From NCBI GenBank assembly GCA_010909165.1, contig MU008155.1:434001-498000 (forward strand): a stretch of DNA of 64,000 nt, given 5' to 3'. The notes below the pieces were generated by a model. That model had not been told where the DNA came from. It was given only the letters and a program-made list of their open reading frames with translations, and searched no databases. Below are positions 36,196-48,485 of this stretch, in pieces. Position numbers and translations under genes: made by a program. The DNA is from Anthoceros angustus. Taxonomy: Eukaryota; Plantae; Anthocerotophyta. The first letter of the stretch is position 1. The number at the start of each line of letters is the position of its first letter.

Positions 36196-38123
36196 GCAGG
36201 TTGGGATGAACAAACTGTCGAGCTGATTGTACTGTTCCTTGACCTGTGACTCACCTGTTCCTTGAGTGTTTAGACCCAACACCCTAGTGTGGTTTATTAC
36301 AGGGACTGCCTTCTAACATTGGGACAGATTGCACGAGGTTGGAGTACAATATGTGAAGGCTGCTTGAGTCAAATCCTTGGCCGTGATGGCAGCATCTGAC
36401 CTTGGACAGTGGCATGTCTGCCAAAAGTGACACGCCTTGTAAGTGCTGTGGTGGTGCTGAGTAGAGTTCTTCCACCGTATATTAAGAAAGTAGTGGCTGG
36501 CCAATTCTCCCAACAAATTTTGCAGATTGTCCACTGCAAGATGTCTCTCCTTTGCTGGTGCTTGAATTGGACGCCCTGTGAATGTCGACATGTAGCACTG
36601 TCTGTCTTGACATAGTGTATTGTGTTGTATGCTATCCCTGAAGTGGAAGATCCTTCGGTGTCTCATGATTTTGTACTCACCTAATTTGTTGTCGGCACTG
36701 CCGCACTTTTATCAGCTTTCCTAATAGAAGGCCAATAAGCCTTCGCACCTGACTTTTTCGTGACAAGCTATTATCAGTCGATAGTATTCTTGAAAGTCTG
36801 CTCAACACTGAAGGTGGTTTCGCATGTCTTCACACACATGCGAGGTAAGTACACACTCACAGGCTCATACACACAATATGCACTTTTCGGACTGGCTGAT
36901 ATGGCTCTAGGCTCCAACAGCCTATCCTCACAAGCACAGCCTATCCTCTCAAGAGTGTGGCTCCAGTGCTAGGATATCCTCCCTAGACCTCGCCTCACGC
37001 CTTATATAGGGAGGATTGTCTCATTTCCTTGAATAACTGCGCTATGGCAAGCACGAACATGCAGGTGTGCTTCAGGGATCTAAGTAAGAGACGTGCATAC
37101 ACATATACATACACACAAGGGTCAACCTATGGTTAATACAGCAGATGGAAGGCATAGCCGTTCACAGCAACGTAACTTATTTCACAAGTCTACACAGTGA
37201 TGAGTAAGGCGGACAGCAGGCGTTCCCCTGCATCAGCTGCTCCTTGCACATAGAACTAAGCCATCAAGGGTTATGGCGATATCTCTCTGAACGAAGATTC
37301 CTCCACGATTCTCAACACCTTCTCCAGATCGGCGCACAAACCACGGTATGCCCCTCGTTGAGCTGGAGTCCACCTTGGTTCTAGCCACAACCACTCTCTC
37401 TGGCCCAAAAGTCCAAACACCAGCCAATCGCCGTATACATGTTCTTGTAACTGTTGTCCTAGTGCGATTAGCCCCACAATGTTTCCTGGACACCTAGCCA
37501 AAGGACCAGTGGTAAGCTCTCTGAACAGATTCCCATCCTGCTCTAAACGTCTCTCTGCACGCTCAACGGGCTCGCGTTTCCTGCTCGGATGAGGCCGGAG
37601 GCGCGCATGGTTGTTCAGGCACACGAAACCCTTATTTTTTTTGTCACACACTTTATCGATCTACGTAACAGCCTACGAGCTGCTACATGCTCTGATAACA
37701 AAATGTCACGTACTACGTGGAAAGACATCAAAGACGAGGTCCCGGCTATGCCAAGCCTCCTTATGTATATAGGTCCTCCAGATGTCACATACAGTGGCCG
37801 CATGGTGGGACTACCAGTCACACGTGGGGGCAGCGGTACAACGAATTCCGAGGGCTGGAGGATGTGGGTGGGTCTGTTCAGAAGCAGATTAAAGAAACAC
37901 TTATGAGATGGTCCCACACCACTCTTGAAGAGTTGGGCCATAGCAGGATGAGTAATCAATAGAATATGTATAGTTTATTCGTGCACAGGAACTTAGGAGT
38001 CTGCGCACCCGCCAGGAGTTTATTGTGCTTTAGAAGTCGAGCAAGATAGGAAACTATGAAGCCTACTCACTATTGTAATGAATTATCACTCACAGCAACA
38101 AGGTTGTTACCCTTGAGCTCCAA

Positions 38124-38234
38124 CCATTTTCTCGTTTCTATTCAACAGTATGACTTCCATAGGCTAACAAGCAAATCGACCATTTTCTCGTTTCTATTCA
38201 ACAGTATGACTTCCATAGGCTAACAAGCAAATCG
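38124..38234. repeat. 56-bp tandem duplication
   Basis: ccattttctcgtttctattcaacagtatgacttccataggctaacaagcaaatcg occurs twice. Confidence 0.9.
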
Positions 38235-40119
38235 TGGAGTCTGTCCAAGTCTGTAGTTGTTTGTTGTCTCTTCTCTTTGCACAGTTGAGCCTAACACACA
38301 AATTGGGCTTTTCACTGTCAGTGACTCTCAGACTAACGTGCCTTGCCTAATCTAAGTCTTTATTGCACATATGCAAGTGTGAGCCCATTTCTACCCATCT
38401 TCGGTTATCAAGAGTAGTTGCCTGTACACATCTGTTCTCGTAAAAATATATTGCTTGCTAGCTCGACGGGTTATTTTGGCTAACACTCTATATGTATGGG
38501 GATTGCTATTATGACAAGCTTGCTGTTTTCCAAACATCTATGTCTAACATTGTGTATGCAACCCGATAAGTTGGCAATGAGAAGAGGGTACTTATCTCCT
38601 TTGGGCATATCATCATTCACCAAGTCATTGACTTTGGATACTTGCGAGCATATTTAGCACTTAGTTGATTTGGAGTTGGTGTCCAGACCCCTTAACTGGA
38701 ACAAGGTTCTTGAGGGGCATAAAATTGATGTGTTTGGTATTTTTGGGAAAGACTTTAACTTTGACATCCTCCCCAATAAGGCTACTTCATTAGTTTCTAC
38801 TACTCTTAAAGTCTAACCTAGGCTATATATTATTAAATAAATAAATGGAAATAGTTATGGGACTTGACAATGTACAGATAGGTTAGCGCACTGCCCAGAC
38901 ATCAAGCAAAATTTATTCGTTAAGATAACGAGAAATCGTTTAAGTCTCTTGCTTCATGACAGGTGGTAGGCAAACGTATGGTGATTACAGCAATGTAGTC
39001 TTCTCTTCACAGTTTCGGATGGGGATTCTTCAGGTCCTAACCAGCTGGAGTGAGATGAAAGGATGAACACTTCAGGCTTCGCAATGGATGACTAGGGCCA
39101 GTATGTGCTACACGGTGTGAACAGACAACAAGGCGTACGCCAGTGATCAGCTGTTAGCAAGAGTGATTGATGGCCATGACACAACACAAACAATAAGGAA
39201 TGCAATTAGCCTGTAGAACAAAACAGTGACAAGCAACTCAACCAATACAAGGCATAGCTTCGGTTTTTCATGGTCATTACCATCAATATCATTTTCACCG
39301 TTGGCACAAGAAAAAATAGTTGTATTGAGACAAATGTGAAATAGCAAGAGCTTCATTGCTGGTAGGGCCACGTTCGGGCATGGAGGCCAACGCCGATGCA
39401 CTCAGCATGGCATGTCGCGGTGCGTAGGTGGGTAGAACCATGTCTGTCCTAAGGCGGCAAGAAGTGGGAGTAAACCACCTTCTGGCTATGGTGGTTACGA
39501 AGGCGAGTTTGGTTTCTTTGGCTAGCATCTAAGATTCTTTACGTCTAATAGTCAGCTGGTATTTTCTACCAAAAACAATTTATAGGTCTTGCTAATATGA
39601 TGGCTGGGGACTTGAACATGCACAGGACAGGTAGGACGCGAGGAAACTTTTGACAAGTAAATCGTACCAAAACTGCGTTCGGAGCACTTTTTAAAAACAA
39701 ATTCTACTTTTTCATGTGGTGCGATCTCTTCATGAGTGTTTCCAATTGAGCCCCTCGGCCACTTTGGGATAAAGGTTTTTTGCATCCTGAATAGCTCATG
39801 TCGTCAATGACCCTCTTCCATGGAACAAAAAATAATTTTTTAATTAAAATTGAGGAACTTAAAATCCTTAGTATATCTTAGTTTATTAGCTTTCATTTGT
39901 AGCGAACTCCCGTAAATTCTTTATGTATAGAGGCTTAAACATGACGCTTACGAGACACTGACGTACATAGATATGTAGGTAGGTGTAAATTAACCCGAGG
40001 AGTGGACCCCACCACTTTAGGGTTCTGGCCTGGTTTATATTGGGGTACAGAACCCTGAAGGAACCTCTTTGACGGGGTTTGCGTCTCAGCCGTGAAGCTC
40101 ATCTCCGGCCGCCTTCGCA

Positions 40120-41897
40120 ATGGTGTGTTGTGTACCCTATTCGTCCCCGCCGCTGCTGGAATTCCCTCCCTTCTGAATCTGTGTCCTACAACTTTCTATG
40201 CAGGCGTTTGTGAAGGCACACAAAAGCAAGGCTTACTTCAAGAGGTTCCAAGTCAAGTACAAACGCCGCAGAGGTCAGCATCCCAGCTCCCACGATTTTG
40301 CGGCGCGTTGTAGGGATTTGGGTGCATGCAGTTGTTCTTACCTCGCTGTTCCCTGAACTTTTTCTCAGCCGGCAAGACAGATTATCGGGCACGGATTCGT
40401 CTTACCACTCAGGACAAGAACAAATACAACACTCCGAAATACCGCTTCGTCGTTCGATTTGTATCCTGAGAATCTGGAGTTGTCGATTTAGCTGTCTGCA
40501 AGGACTCGCGGTTGTCTAGGTTTAGGTTGCAGATTAGGTTGTGGGGTGTGGGGTGGTCTTGGCTTGTATTTAAGGTTATGGAGGTCTGTACGAGATCCTT
40601 AACTTACTCCGTAGACCAACAAAGACATCGTGGCCCAAATCAGCTATGCCACTCTCGCTGGTGACATTGTCTTGGTTGCTGCCTACTCGCATGAGCTTCC
40701 AAGGTACGGATTGAAGGTTGGCCTCACCAACTATGCTGCAGGTAAAACTCCCTTTCCAGCTCCCCTCACTGCTATATTCTGCTTATTGGAGCTTCCTTGA
40801 GTGTATGGCGATGTGTAGTTGGTACGTATTTTCAATCCTTCTTTCTCTGGTGTAGCGTACTGCACTGGGCTGTTGCTGGCTCGGAGGCTCTTGAAGAAGT
40901 ACGAGCTGGATGAGGAGTATGTTGGCAATGAGAAGGTATGTATCTGGCCTACCTTGTGCTGCTGTCATTGCTTGACCTAGTGGATGAAGTTTGTAATGAC
41001 TTGTCTACTGATGTTCCAGGCCACTGGTGAGGACTACAACGTTGAAGCTGGCGGGGAGAAGAGGCCTTTCCGTGCTCTTCTTGACGTTGGTCTGATTAGG
41101 ACCACAACCGGCAACAGGGTGTTTGGTGCTCTGAAGGTAACTTTTGGTGGCAAATCGATCTCTTGTGCAAAGTTAGCTTCTCAGCGAGGTCTCTGATGGA
41201 GTGCATCTTACATGGGAATGTGGGATTTGTTGGTTTCGTCTCACGGAATATATACTGTCTTACAATCATTGTGTATCTTATGTCAGGGAGCCTTGGACGG
41301 TGGCTTGGACATCCCTCACAGTGAGAAGAGATTTCCTGGGTTCAGCAAGGACGACAAGTCTCTGAATCCGGAGATCCATCGGAAATACATCTTGGGTGGC
41401 CATGTTGCTGAATACATGAAGGTATGCGTTGGTTGGTATTGATTCCCTTGCCAGTGGGTACTGAAGTATGGTCTCCGTGATCCTCAAGCTCGTGTGCTTC
41501 CAGTTGTAAATCTAAATGGTTTCTTGCTGGGGTACGTTACCTTCCAATGCAGCATTTGCAGGAGGAGAAGCCTGAGAAGTATCAGGCTAACTTCAGTCAG
41601 TTCATTAAGGCTGGAGTGGACCCCGATGACCTTGAACAGTTGTACACCAGTGTGCACGCAGCAATCAGGGCCGATCCTTCCATCCAGCTTACCGAGAAGA
41701 AAGTTCCGTCTGTGAAGAGGACGTAAGTGTCTGCCTTCGCTCCCTTTTATCTGATTGTAGATAACCTACTTTACGTGTCTGAAGGATCGGTGGTCTTGGG
41801 GTGCAGCTGGAAAACCAAGAAACTGTCTTACGAGCAGAGGAAGGCAAACCTGATCTCCCGTCTCAACAAGTTGAATGAGGAGGCTGATGACGAATAG
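40120..41897 (+). CDS. RPL5: 60S ribosomal protein L5 (uL18), multi-exon with an ATG-only first coding exon
   Basis: Spliced product M|[53 protein letters not shown]|[54 protein letters not shown]|[28 protein letters not shown]. Confidence 0.97.
40461..40614 (+). other. U12-type (minor spliceosome) GT-AG intron in RPL5
   Basis: The 5' site is GTATCCT and the branch point TCCTTAAC at 40596-40603 lies ~10 nt before the AG. Removal joins VVRF|TNKD in frame. Confidence 0.85.
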
Positions 41898-42091
41898 GTT
41901 TTCCAATTTTGTTATGAGGAACTGTCCTCCCATCTTCGCACTGAGTCGAAGAGTTGATTTTGATATTACTCTCTTGCCTAAATGTGCTACCGAGACCTCT
42001 TTTCGCCAATTACGTGAAGCTCGTTTTTACGACGTTACTACAGCCGCTCTTTACGACCTTATGTCCTTAATCATGTCCTTTAAACGGTGAA

Positions 42092-42116
42092 TTTCCGAAA
42101 GCTTCTGGAGTATTCT
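42092..42116 (+). promoter_or_regulatory. Step-type heat-shock element upstream of the sHSP
   Basis: tTTCc-gaaag-cTTCt-ggagt-aTTCt gives three nTTCn at 10-bp spacing, ~90 bp before the HSP20 ATG. Confidence 0.55.
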
Positions 42117-42204
42117 GGGTCTGTAACGCTCATTCCCGCGACCTCCTTGAGACTACATGAGGTGCATCTTCTGTCATATCGGCAGATACAGTAGCTAGTA
42201 AGCG

Positions 42205-42849
42205 ATGGCGCTGGCGCCGCAGAGCAGCTGGTCGGGTTGCAACAGGACCTTGTTTCCCACTCCGTGTGGATGTCTGGATCAATTTCTGACTCGCTTCTTT
42301 GCCGCATGTCCGCAGGGGTGATGAGCACACAATCGCCAGGACCGACTGGTTGGAGACCGTGGATGCACATGTCTTCAAGGCGGATCTTCCTGGTATGGAA
42401 CCCCTTCGAAAACCCGTTCAAAGGATTGTGCTGCACGTCTTCCGCAAACATCTGCGTTTTCATTGCCACTGTGCAGCAGTACAGTTCGTTAAACCCCTCA
42501 CACTTTGCAGCAGTGCAGTTGGTGCCATTGTGCTGCAATGCAGTTGCTGAATTCTCTGATTCTCCTCTTCCCAGGCCTGAACAAGGAGGATATCACGGTG
42601 CAGTTGGAAGATGATCGCACGCTTAGCATCTACGGAGAGCGCCCGAGGGAAGAGAGCAACGAGAAGGATCATTGGCACTACGTTGAGAGATCCTCCAGCA
42701 GCTTTGAGAGACACTTCCGTCTGCCTCCGGATTCCAATTACAAGTTGGATGACATCAGTGCTCATGTGGAAGACGGTGTTTTGACTGTCACCGTCCCAAA
42801 AGAGAAGAACCCGAGTCCGGCAGCAGTTCGCAAGATTGAGGTTTCCTAG
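42205..42849 (+). CDS. Small heat shock protein (HSP20/alpha-crystallin domain), cytosolic class I-like, 3 exons
   Basis: Spliced product MALAPQSSW|GDEHTIARTDWLETVDAHVFKADLPG|LNKEDITVQLEDDRTLSIYGER..WHYVERSSSSFERHFRLP..EDGVLTVTVPK. Introns 42231-42315 and ~42393-42574. Confidence 0.9.
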
Positions 42850-43631
42850 ACACATCTGGTTGCTGCCTGTAACCGCTCAACTTCAGCATCGAATGAAAGA
42901 AAGCTATCGGTTTCCGGGCCAGTGCTCTTTATGGTGGGAGAGTTTCTGTCAAAGGTCAGCCGCGGCGCAGTCCACAAAGAGCTAGAAATGAGGTTTCCTA
43001 TCAGTGAACCCCCGTTTATAGGGCACGCGCAGCAACCACCGGGCAAGACACTCAGGTAACTGATTTAGGACGCTTTTTATTAAGACCTACAAAGAGCATT
43101 TGCCAAGTAGTTGGCCAAGAACCGATTTGGACACAATGCCTCGACAAAAAGGAGCAAATGAAGAGAGTATGTAATCGTCTATAGGCCGGACAAGTTAGAT
43201 GCCACTAGGCCGGCAAAATTGGAGACCTCACTACAACACCTAGAGAATGCCACCTGCACAAATTCTTTTCAATCAAATTTCGCAGCTGTCACATACATGG
43301 GTCCGCTGTACTATAGGTCAGATGAATAATGTAAACAGTTCCTGTACACTCCACTCCACAGGATCCTCGGCATCCTCATTTGAAGTGAATCCTGCAGAAG
43401 TACCTGAAATGTCGGACTCACTCCAATGGTAGACGCCAGTAGGAAAGTGTGTAGCAAAACAGCACTAACTCATGACACCTCCAAATGCCATGCTTTGCGT
43501 ACTTCACTTTATTCAGCGCTTCTGTCAGGGTAACATCTTGGATACACTTACATCGAAGCAATATAATGCACCCATCGGTAACCTATACGTCGTTAAGCCT
43601 CACTCTTCCCCCTTGAGTGCGGGCAAAGAAG

Positions 43632-44714
43632 TTAGCACTTCCCATCCCTGCAAAGTGTCGCGTCCTTTGGCATTGACATGGTAGGCCTGAAAGCTTGAAA
43701 AGATCTTGGGAGATGATGTCTGACAGGAGTTTCCACGGAAGTATTGATATCTATTTTATCTGTGTGACCATTGCTTGGAGCTAAGTGATCCGAAATAAAC
43801 TGCAATTCCTTGAGCCCTGACATATTGGGAATGGCTGGTGAGGACGCGGCTCGCTCCAAACGCATGGACGAGAAGGTCTTGATATCTTGCAGAAGCTGAG
43901 GTTTGCTTCCACCTTCCACGAGAATCTGAGGCCTGTGCGAGCCGTCCATGAGGAGCTGAGGGCCCTGTGCACCTTCCATGAGAAGCTGAGCCCCCTGGCC
44001 GCCTTCCATGGTCCGCTGAGCAAACTGGCACAACAACACAATTCCACGGTTCCCAAAATCCTGCTTGCCCTGGATGTCAGTGATCCTCACTTCCAGCCCC
44101 TGCACTATCTGCTGCACAGTCTGCATCTCAGCCCCGACGTCCTCCACCTTACATAAAACCTCAGACACCTGGTCCTTGATCACCGACTGCACACTCATGC
44201 TCTCATCCAACCTCTTGGACACGAAATCAAGCCGCGAACTCAGATGCTTCTTGGCAACGGACAGAGCCTCAGAAAACTGCGTTAACTGCTTGCTCACGGA
44301 AGCCACAGCCGAGTTCATCTGGTTCCTGGTCACATACATGATGCTGCTGAATTTGATGCCTTTCCACCACATGTAGCCATATCCCGCAGCTCCGATCACC
44401 GCCACCGGAACAGCTACGGACACAAAACTGGCGCCCGAACTCTGGCCCGGTCCATTTACCACTGTGATAGGTCTGGAAGCAGCCAGCTGCCTGAGTTCCC
44501 TCGTGAGGCGCTCGATCTGCTTGGTGAGAATGGCTGTGCTTTCTCCCCCGCCTTCCGCGGGGCCTTCCTTGTCCTCCTTCACGTACTTCAACAACACCTT
44601 GGACAAGTCGGAGAAGAGATCCCCGATTCTGCCATTCCCTAGAACCACTGACCCCGTCACCCCAGCCCCGATGAGAATCAAAACCTTGCTGGCTCCCAGA
44701 GTAGCAGTCTGCAT
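43632..44714 (-). CDS. DUF1664 family membrane/coiled-coil protein; CDS has no introns
   Basis: KVLILIGAGVTGSVVL..GRI.DL, ASRPITVVNG, GAAGYGYMWWKG..FS.IMYVTRNQM..AV.SV.KQL, KKHLSSRLD, QDFGNRGIVLLCQF. Confidence 0.88.
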   Translation of the reverse strand: MQTATLGASKVLILIGAGVTGSVVLGNGRIGDLFSDLSKVLLKYVKEDKEGPAEGGGESTAILTKQIERLTRELRQLAASRPITVVNGPGQSSGASFVSVAVPVAVIGAAGYGYMWWKGIKFSSIMYVTRNQMNSAVASVSKQLTQFSEALSVAKKHLSSRLDFVSKRLDESMSVQSVIKDQVSEVLCKVEDVGAEMQTVQQIVQGLEVRITDIQGKQDFGNRGIVLLCQFAQRTMEGGQGAQLLMEGAQGPQLLMDGSHRPQILVEGGSKPQLLQDIKTFSSMRLERAASSPAIPNMSGLKELQFISDHLAPSNGHTDKIDINTSVETPVRHHLPRSFQAFRPTMSMPKDATLCRDGKC

Positions 44715-45068
44715 CTTGCGTGCCTGGCCTCCCCTCGCTGCCGATCACCAACACGCTACCTGCTCCCTTGCCCAACCAGCCGCCTCCAGCATCGTGGCTG
44801 GCCGTCACGGAGCCCAGGCGGTCAGGTCAGTACATGAGCGATGCAAGAATCTGCAATCCCTAGACGTCATCTCATTAAGACACAATTCGCAGCAAAATTA
44901 CCTTGCACTTTCCGCTCACTTTCGTATATAGAAACTGCTCCTCCCTTTCGAGCATATGCCGAGAGCAGGCGAAGATACGAGCGCAGGGAAGAGTGATTTG
45001 TGGTAAAGCACTCACTTATGTATGTAGGTAGATACAAGAGAGTTAAAGCCAGTATAGCCCCTTCTATT

Positions 45069-46063
45069 CTTGTATTTTGAATACCATACCCCCAGGGGTG
45101 GTTCAACAGGGTAATGCCGAAATAATTATTTTTTGAAAATAATAAGGTTTAACATAAATATGTATTTTTTAAAAAAATTCAAAATTTATAAAAAATAATT
45201 TTATCAGAATTTAACATTTATTAAAATACATAGGTATCTACACATATAGAACTAATAGATATATATAGACCTCCCCTAAACAGACCCTAATTTTCCACAC
45301 AAACCCTAGTTCGACATTCTCAGTCACTTTAGTCTTACACCTTGAGAGTGCCTCAACGATAAGCCTCGATGCTGCAAGCCAGGTAACCATACTAGGAAGC
45401 GTAGGAGGATTGTATAGAGGTTTTGATCCACCACTTGTCCCAGCAATAGACCCAGTAGCTGCAGCGGCTGCAACCATGCCAACTCCAACAGAGCCTCCAG
45501 CTGCAATAAGTCCTCCCCAACTGGACCACTCTTTCCAACAAGATTCAGCAGATTGTCTTTTGAGCTCCATTTACCATCTAACATTCCTCCAGCGCATCTG
45601 TCGCGGCATCTAGGGAATCACCACTCTGATTGGATGACCTCTCCACAAGAACAACTATCCTGGATGAATCCAACACGAAAAGTGTACCTCCCCCTCCACC
45701 ACCAAGAAGCGAGGAGACAACATGGCCAGGGGCCTCTAAGGCTCATTCCCGATCATCCAACTCCAGACTCCAAAGGACCAGGGTCACCAGCTGTTGCAAT
45801 AGTCTTATACTTCTTCAGCAGAAACCGTAATTGAGTTTCAATGGCAATTTGGATCCAGCTGGCCAACTAGATCCAGTCTGGATCCAGCTGCCTGCAGCAG
45901 CCTCATGAGGTTGTTGCTACCTTTTCCTTGTTTTCGGTAACTTGAACTCGTAAATTTTTACACATTCAGCGTTTCAAGTATAATAATTTCTGGATTTTTA
46001 AAATTTACATTTAAATAATTAACACTGAATCACCCCTCGGGGTACGGTATTCGTAGATACAAG
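45069..46063. mobile_element. ~1-kb non-autonomous TIR element (MITE/Pack-type candidate)
   Basis: 45069-45105 (cttgtattttgaataccatacccccaggggtggttca) is an imperfect inverted copy of 46026-46063. AT-rich subtermini surround a more GC-rich core. Confidence 0.55.
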
Positions 46064-46519
46064 CTGGTCCTCCCATTGTGCATATGCCAAGAACAGGCTA
46101 AGACATGATACGAGAGTAGGGAAGAGTGATAGAGCGATATATGAGTAAAGCACTTGTGTAAGTAGGTAGAATACAATAGAGTCAAAGTTTATATAGCTCT
46201 TTTTATTTTTTTATTTTAAATATTCTTTCTAGAGGTCTTGATTTTTATTCATATAATTATAAATCAATTAAATTATTAAATGTGAAGAGTTCAAATAATA
46301 TATTTATAAATATATAAAAATATATACAAAGTTTCGTGATTAAAAGATCTTAAATGGTGATGCAATGCTAGGCCCTAAAATCACCTACGACATAAAAAAT
46401 GTATGAATCATGTTGCACTACCTCTGTGATTTAGAAATTTTGGCTGCATTCATGTTATTATATATGACCATTAGCACATTTCGGGTGCATTCATGTTATT
46501 ATATATGACCATTGGCACG

Positions 46520-46805
46520 ACAAGCTGATAGTCAAGTGTAGATATGTAATTCCTTCATCTAGGATAAACTATGAGACAACAAATTGGTGGTGAAGTATAG
46601 CTATGTAATTTCCATCTAGGACAAATTATGGGACAACAAGCCGGTGGTGAAGTGTAGATATGTAATTTCTTCATCTAGGACAACATGAGACAACAAGCAG
46701 GTGGTGCAGTGTAGATAAGTAATTTCTTCATCTAGGACAAAATATGGGACAACAAGCTGGTAGTGAAGTGTAGATATATAATTTCTTCATCTAGGACAAA
46801 ATATA
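46520..46805. repeat. ~56-58-bp tandem repeat (~5 copies); further short repeat blocks follow to ~47670
   Basis: gtgtagatatgtaatttcttcatctaggacaaa..atg.gacaacaag..ggtggtgaa repeated. ggatggctaggacc repeats at ~46970-47190 and a ~93-bp duplication at ~47505-47670. Confidence 0.85.
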
Positions 46806-48485
46806 AGAAAGTCAGGTAGACGGCCAAACCAACATGCGATAGATTTATCCATTATTTTATATTCAAATAAGACTCTACCGTTTATTTTTTTTAGTGATAT
46901 TGATCGTGGATTTAATTGAGAGTAGAGCTTTTTTACAACAGGTGGCCCTGTGCAGCTTTTTTGCAACAGAGGATGGTTAGGACCCATGCCGCGCCCAAAG
47001 AGCTTTTTACAATAGGGGATGGCTAGGACCACAGACCAGCAATGATCCATGGCTAGGACCTCATGCTGGGCCTTAGAGTTTTGGGATGGCTAGGACCCCA
47101 TCCCAGCAATGATTTGTGGCTAGGACCCCATGCTTGATTGGAACTCCTCGTCTAGATGTCATTCCAGGGGATGGCTACGACCCCATCCCAGAAGGGATCG
47201 GACTCCATGATGCTTGACCGTGGAGTTCTAATGGACCCACGTCTAGATGTCATTCCTGAAAGGGAGGACAAAATTATACCATCCATGTGTATGTGTATTA
47301 GTATACAAGTCCCTACCCCAACTCTACTTAATTTTTTGTTCATTGTTTAAAGACCTTAAGTATTTAGAGCAAAAGACTTGTACATAGTCTCTAGGTGATT
47401 AGAGTAAAAATTGAATCAAGGTAGTGCAAGACAGTTCAAAAATGCAATAGGTGGTGCTCAAGCTGTATTTTCCCTTTCGGATGGACAATATGTAACAAGA
47501 GATCATCAAATCTTTGGAAGCTCTTTGTGAAAAATCCGATGAGCTAGGCAACAAAGCTTAACTTAGCTCGGTGGTGGATAATCCATGACAAGGGATTGTC
47601 AAATCTTTGGAAACTCTTTGTGAAAAATCCAATGAGCTAGGCAACAAAGCTTAACTTAGCTCGGTGGCACCCTACATCCATACTTTGTTGCATCCTTGAA
47701 GTTAACTTTGTCTCGTCCCTAAGGTTAACCTCCACACTTTGTTGCATCTTCGAAGTTAACTTTATTCCACAAAGAAGTTAACTTTGCTTCCTGCTAGACC
47801 TTGGTGCATGGTGGTGGGATGCTGGTGGGTGCCATGTCGGAGCTGGACAATCAGAACCTTTACAAGTGAGGCATTTAAACGTGAGGCTGGCTAAAAACCG
47901 CTCATTCCCTCTTTTCTTCTTCTTCTCCTTCCATCAGCTAGATGGGACAAAAGGCAAACCAGATCTGCACCCGAGTTGGACCTGCTGTCGTGGCTTCCCA
48001 GTTGGCCGAGTTTGCTTTCTGCTGCCGTGGCCTCCGAGTGGGCCGAGTTGGCCGAGCTGGCCGCGTTGGCCAACTTGGCCAACTCTTGCTTGTCGTCTTG
48101 CTATAGCTTGTGCACTTTTGTTTATGCCCGGGCTTCCGTGGCTGCTGCAATCGTGTGGTTTCCAGGGCCTTCAGACACAGTTCAACACACCAGATGCTTA
48201 GAACACGATGCTTTTCTTCGCATTGAACAGTTTGGATTCAAGCGTTGTTACATTGCATGTAGTGTAGATTAGTCTGACTGACTGTTCTTCGACATCTGCT
48301 TCCGATGAGCTCTGCGTTGTGGAGACCTATCATTTGGAGTGGGTGTCACTCGATGGAACAACACACGAGATCTCCACCCAGTTCCAAGATGTTGACCTGG
48401 CAACATGTACAAGCATGAATAGTTCCTCTCGATTCCCCAGTAACCATTGTAACCATGCCAGGTGATTATAGCACGATAAGGGCGA

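Noticed and set aside
40017-40025. Telo-box upstream of RPL5
   Set aside because: TTAGGGTTC has one mismatch to the consensus and is too short to support alone.
40936-41551. Intronic snoRNAs in RPL5
   Set aside because: No convincing box C/D pair with a terminal stem, or H/ACA structure, visible by eye.
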